Shown here piece after piece: positions 61,322 through 64,000 of a stretch of 64,000 bases of DNA (its first letter is position 1; every line of letters starts with the position of its first letter). The notes below the pieces were generated by a model that saw nothing but the letters and a program-made list of their open reading frames with translations, did not search any database and had not been told where the DNA came from. Made by a program: the position numbers and the translations under genes. The DNA is from Paecilomyces variotii (taxonomy: Eukaryota), in assembly GCA_004022145.1 (NCBI GenBank), contig RCNU01000008.1; one strand, written 5' to 3'.

Positions 61322-64000
61322 ATGTCGACAATACCCGCTCACACCTACGGCCCTACGTGCCTTCTTGCCGACAAAGATGAAGATCCTGCGGCCGTCAGGT
61401 CGTCTCCAAATCCTCCTCGGTTGCGCGCACAGTTCTTTTATGCATCTTCTTTACCGATCGATGACCCTCTAGCGCCTTTGCCTATTCCCTCGGGCAGCTC
61501 CAGTTCCGCGTACGAGAAGTTTCCGCCGCAGCCTTTCTCTGCAAGAGACAATATTGCCCTCGAAGAAGCTTGGAAAGAATTGCGCGATAAAAGGGAAACA
61601 AAGCTTTCTAGGAGTAGTGGAAAGCATGATGGACCTTCAAAGGCTACCAGGATACCGGGTCATCACCATAAGCTCAGCTCTCGCTTGGGCACTCCGAACA
61701 AGGTAGGTAGTCAAGATGATAAGAGGACGGGAGCCGATGACACGATACGATCTTTGTCGAGGGAATCTGAGAGCATTCTACCATCATCAGCGGCGGGACC
61801 GATTGGAGTCGGTGGACAACAAAGCAGTCTAAGGGAAAATGATACTCCTGGCGATGGCAGTGGCAGCATGAATGATGGCCGGAAGAGAGAAGTTTCCCCC
61901 CTTGGCGGGAGGCACAAATCTGCGAAGCGTAAAAGCACCTCATCTCCCAGCGAGGAGCCCACTCTAGAACCGGAGAGCGCTATATTGCAAGGAAGCGTAT
62001 CTTCTGACATGAACATCAGTGGGTCGCCGTTTATCCGTGCACCTTCAAGGAGACCAGATCTGCAATCAAATTCTCCGTTGGATCCGAGCTCCTATGGTAC
62101 TACTCAGTCTCTCAGGCCTTCGAGCGCACGTGGAGTCCGTGCAGAAGAGATCCTCGATTCAGACATGGCTGCCCCAAGATCATCCGGATTAAGGAGAGAA
62201 TCCACACAGCTGGCCGAATCTCCTGATCGCTTGTTAGACAAGCTGGAGGGCGATGTTCCCCAGGCAGTAATTCCAGTTGGTTATTCACGTCTTCATTTGG
62301 TTGAACTGCCAAATCTGAAGGTATATATAATTCATTACTCTCTTTCTCACTCCACTGAATAAAATTGTCTGATAATCGATAGATGAAACCTATATACTGG
62401 AGTCCAGTTCACGATATATCTGACGTTTTACGAGCTACATGGTTTTATAAGAATACTATGCTGCCGGTTGAGCCTCAGCTGGCTAACAAACTCGAAGAGG
62501 GATACCTTTATATGCAGCCATGGACAGAGACATGGCAGGATGAGCTGAACAGCTGTGTCGAGAATGGTGCAGACGCCGAGGCGAAAGTCGTGCACAGGCT
62601 CTGGCCTAAAGAAGAAAGCAAATCTGTTAGCAGACCTGCGACGGCACAGGAACTGGGAGCGACAGGCCCTCAGCCTACGCCACCTGATAAGACCACCGAT
62701 ATTGAAGTCGAGGCGCTAACCTTCGATGAGAACATGGCTGCTAGTGGTGCTCCTTCCCAGGAGGCGGCTTTGAAACCCTTCAAAAGCTCCAGTGTCATAT
62801 ACGTTGACGCAAAAAATGCTCAAATCCTGCGACCTAGTCTCCTTCCATCCGCCTCTAGGGGGAGACGTCCGCTCAGTGCAATTCGGAAAGGGAGACAAAT
62901 CGGCATACCAGTTATCCGCGGCTTCAGTCGGCAGATGTGGGACAAATTATATCCCTCGAAGCCTAATCCTGTTGACGTGAGAAATTATATAAGGCGGCCT
63001 CAGTCTAGGGACGCACCTGTCGGACACAGTGGACAGGTTTGTTATGCTTGCGCAATAGAAGAATCGAGACCTAGCCCAACAGACCTAATGCTTGTCATCC
63101 ATGGTATCGGTCAAAAGCTATCTGAAAGAATGGAAAGTTTCCATTTCACTCATGCTATCAACGCGTTTCGCAGACATGTCAATGTGGAACTTAACAGTGA
63201 AGCAGTGTGGCCACACATCCGCCCAGATCTTGGAGGTATAATGGTTCTCCCAGTCAATTGGCGATCAACTCTTTCACTTGAAGATGCAAATATTGAGACC
63301 CAGTCGAATGAAGATCCAACAGAAAACCATTACTCCCTGAAAGATATTACTCCCGACACAATCCCCGCTATACGGACCCTCGTTAGCGATGTTATGCTGG
63401 ATATTCCCTACTACCTTTCTCATCACAAGTCCAAAATGATCCAGGCAGTTGTCAAAGAAGCAAACCGAGTATATCGACTTTGGTGTAAGAACAACCCGGG
63501 CTTCCAGGAGTATGGGAAAGTCCACGTTATGGCCCATTCTCTCGGAAGCGTCATGTCTTTTGATATCCTCAGTCACCAGCCGACCAGAGTGCCATATTTC
63601 GATTTTGACTCCGTACCTGCTCACAACGATATCTTTGAATTCGATACGAGCAATTTGTTCATTTGTGGAAGCCCTGTCGGACTCTTCCTACTCTTACACA
63701 AAGGTTTGTGTCCCAATATCCCTTTGGAGAGCGATAACAGTTAAGCAGATTGCAGCGAACCTACTTCCACGCAGAGGACGAAATAAACCTGGGAGAGAAG
63801 GCGAGGATCAGCAACGGGGAGTTGCAGGAGAAGCGGATAAATACGGCTGCTTGGCTGTCGACAACATCTATAACATCATGCACACTACCGACCGTAAGTA
63901 TCTGTTACACCTGGATAGTTAAACATGTCAAATACTGATCATGGCTCCACATAGCTATTGCATACCGTATTAACGCAGCAGTGGATAGAGATCTGGCTGA
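61322..64000 (+). CDS. DDHD-domain (PA-preferring) phospholipase A1, Ddl1/YOR022C-like; continues off the right edge
   Basis: QFFYASSLPIDDPL, MKPIYW, RATWFY, LVIHGIGQ, LPVNWR, DVMLDIPYY, AHSLGS lipase nucleophile motif, NLFICGSPVG. Confidence 0.92.

Noticed and set aside
1-64000. CRISPR arrays, rRNA, prokaryotic operons
   Set aside because: This is intron-containing fungal DNA, and no regularly spaced repeat-spacer array or rRNA-like sequence was seen.

Overview
Eukaryotic DNA from a filamentous ascomycete (Eurotiales-like, inferred from intron signals and gene content). Genes have short GT-AG introns with CTRAY branch points, so the ORF track breaks most of them into pieces. About 1-11.7 kb looks accessory: an OPT oligopeptide transporter (partial), an intronless amidohydrolase, an internally deleted DUF6606/DUF3638/DUF3645 gene and an APH-like kinase gene with a premature TAG. 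About 11.7-25 kb is gene-poor. It holds a TA-flanked Tc1/mariner-type MITE and one 186-aa gene preceded by a 1049-nt ATG-free stretch. About 25-64 kb is mostly core: rpl28/uL15, bcd1, a coiled-coil protein, GH16, a Ulp1-type SUMO protease, lcb3, rho4, dad1, a 78-aa ORF, SmF, UPF0587, a phenol 2-monooxygenase, a hypothetical protein and a DDHD phospholipase (partial). The most striking structure is a nested element at 42.0-42.9 kb in the lcb3/rho4 divergent promoter: an outer long-TIR element, an inner TIR element flanked by TATTA, and a perfect internal palindrome. I recognised no rRNA, tRNA or CRISPR array. All family assignments come from motif recognition by eye; no searches were run.
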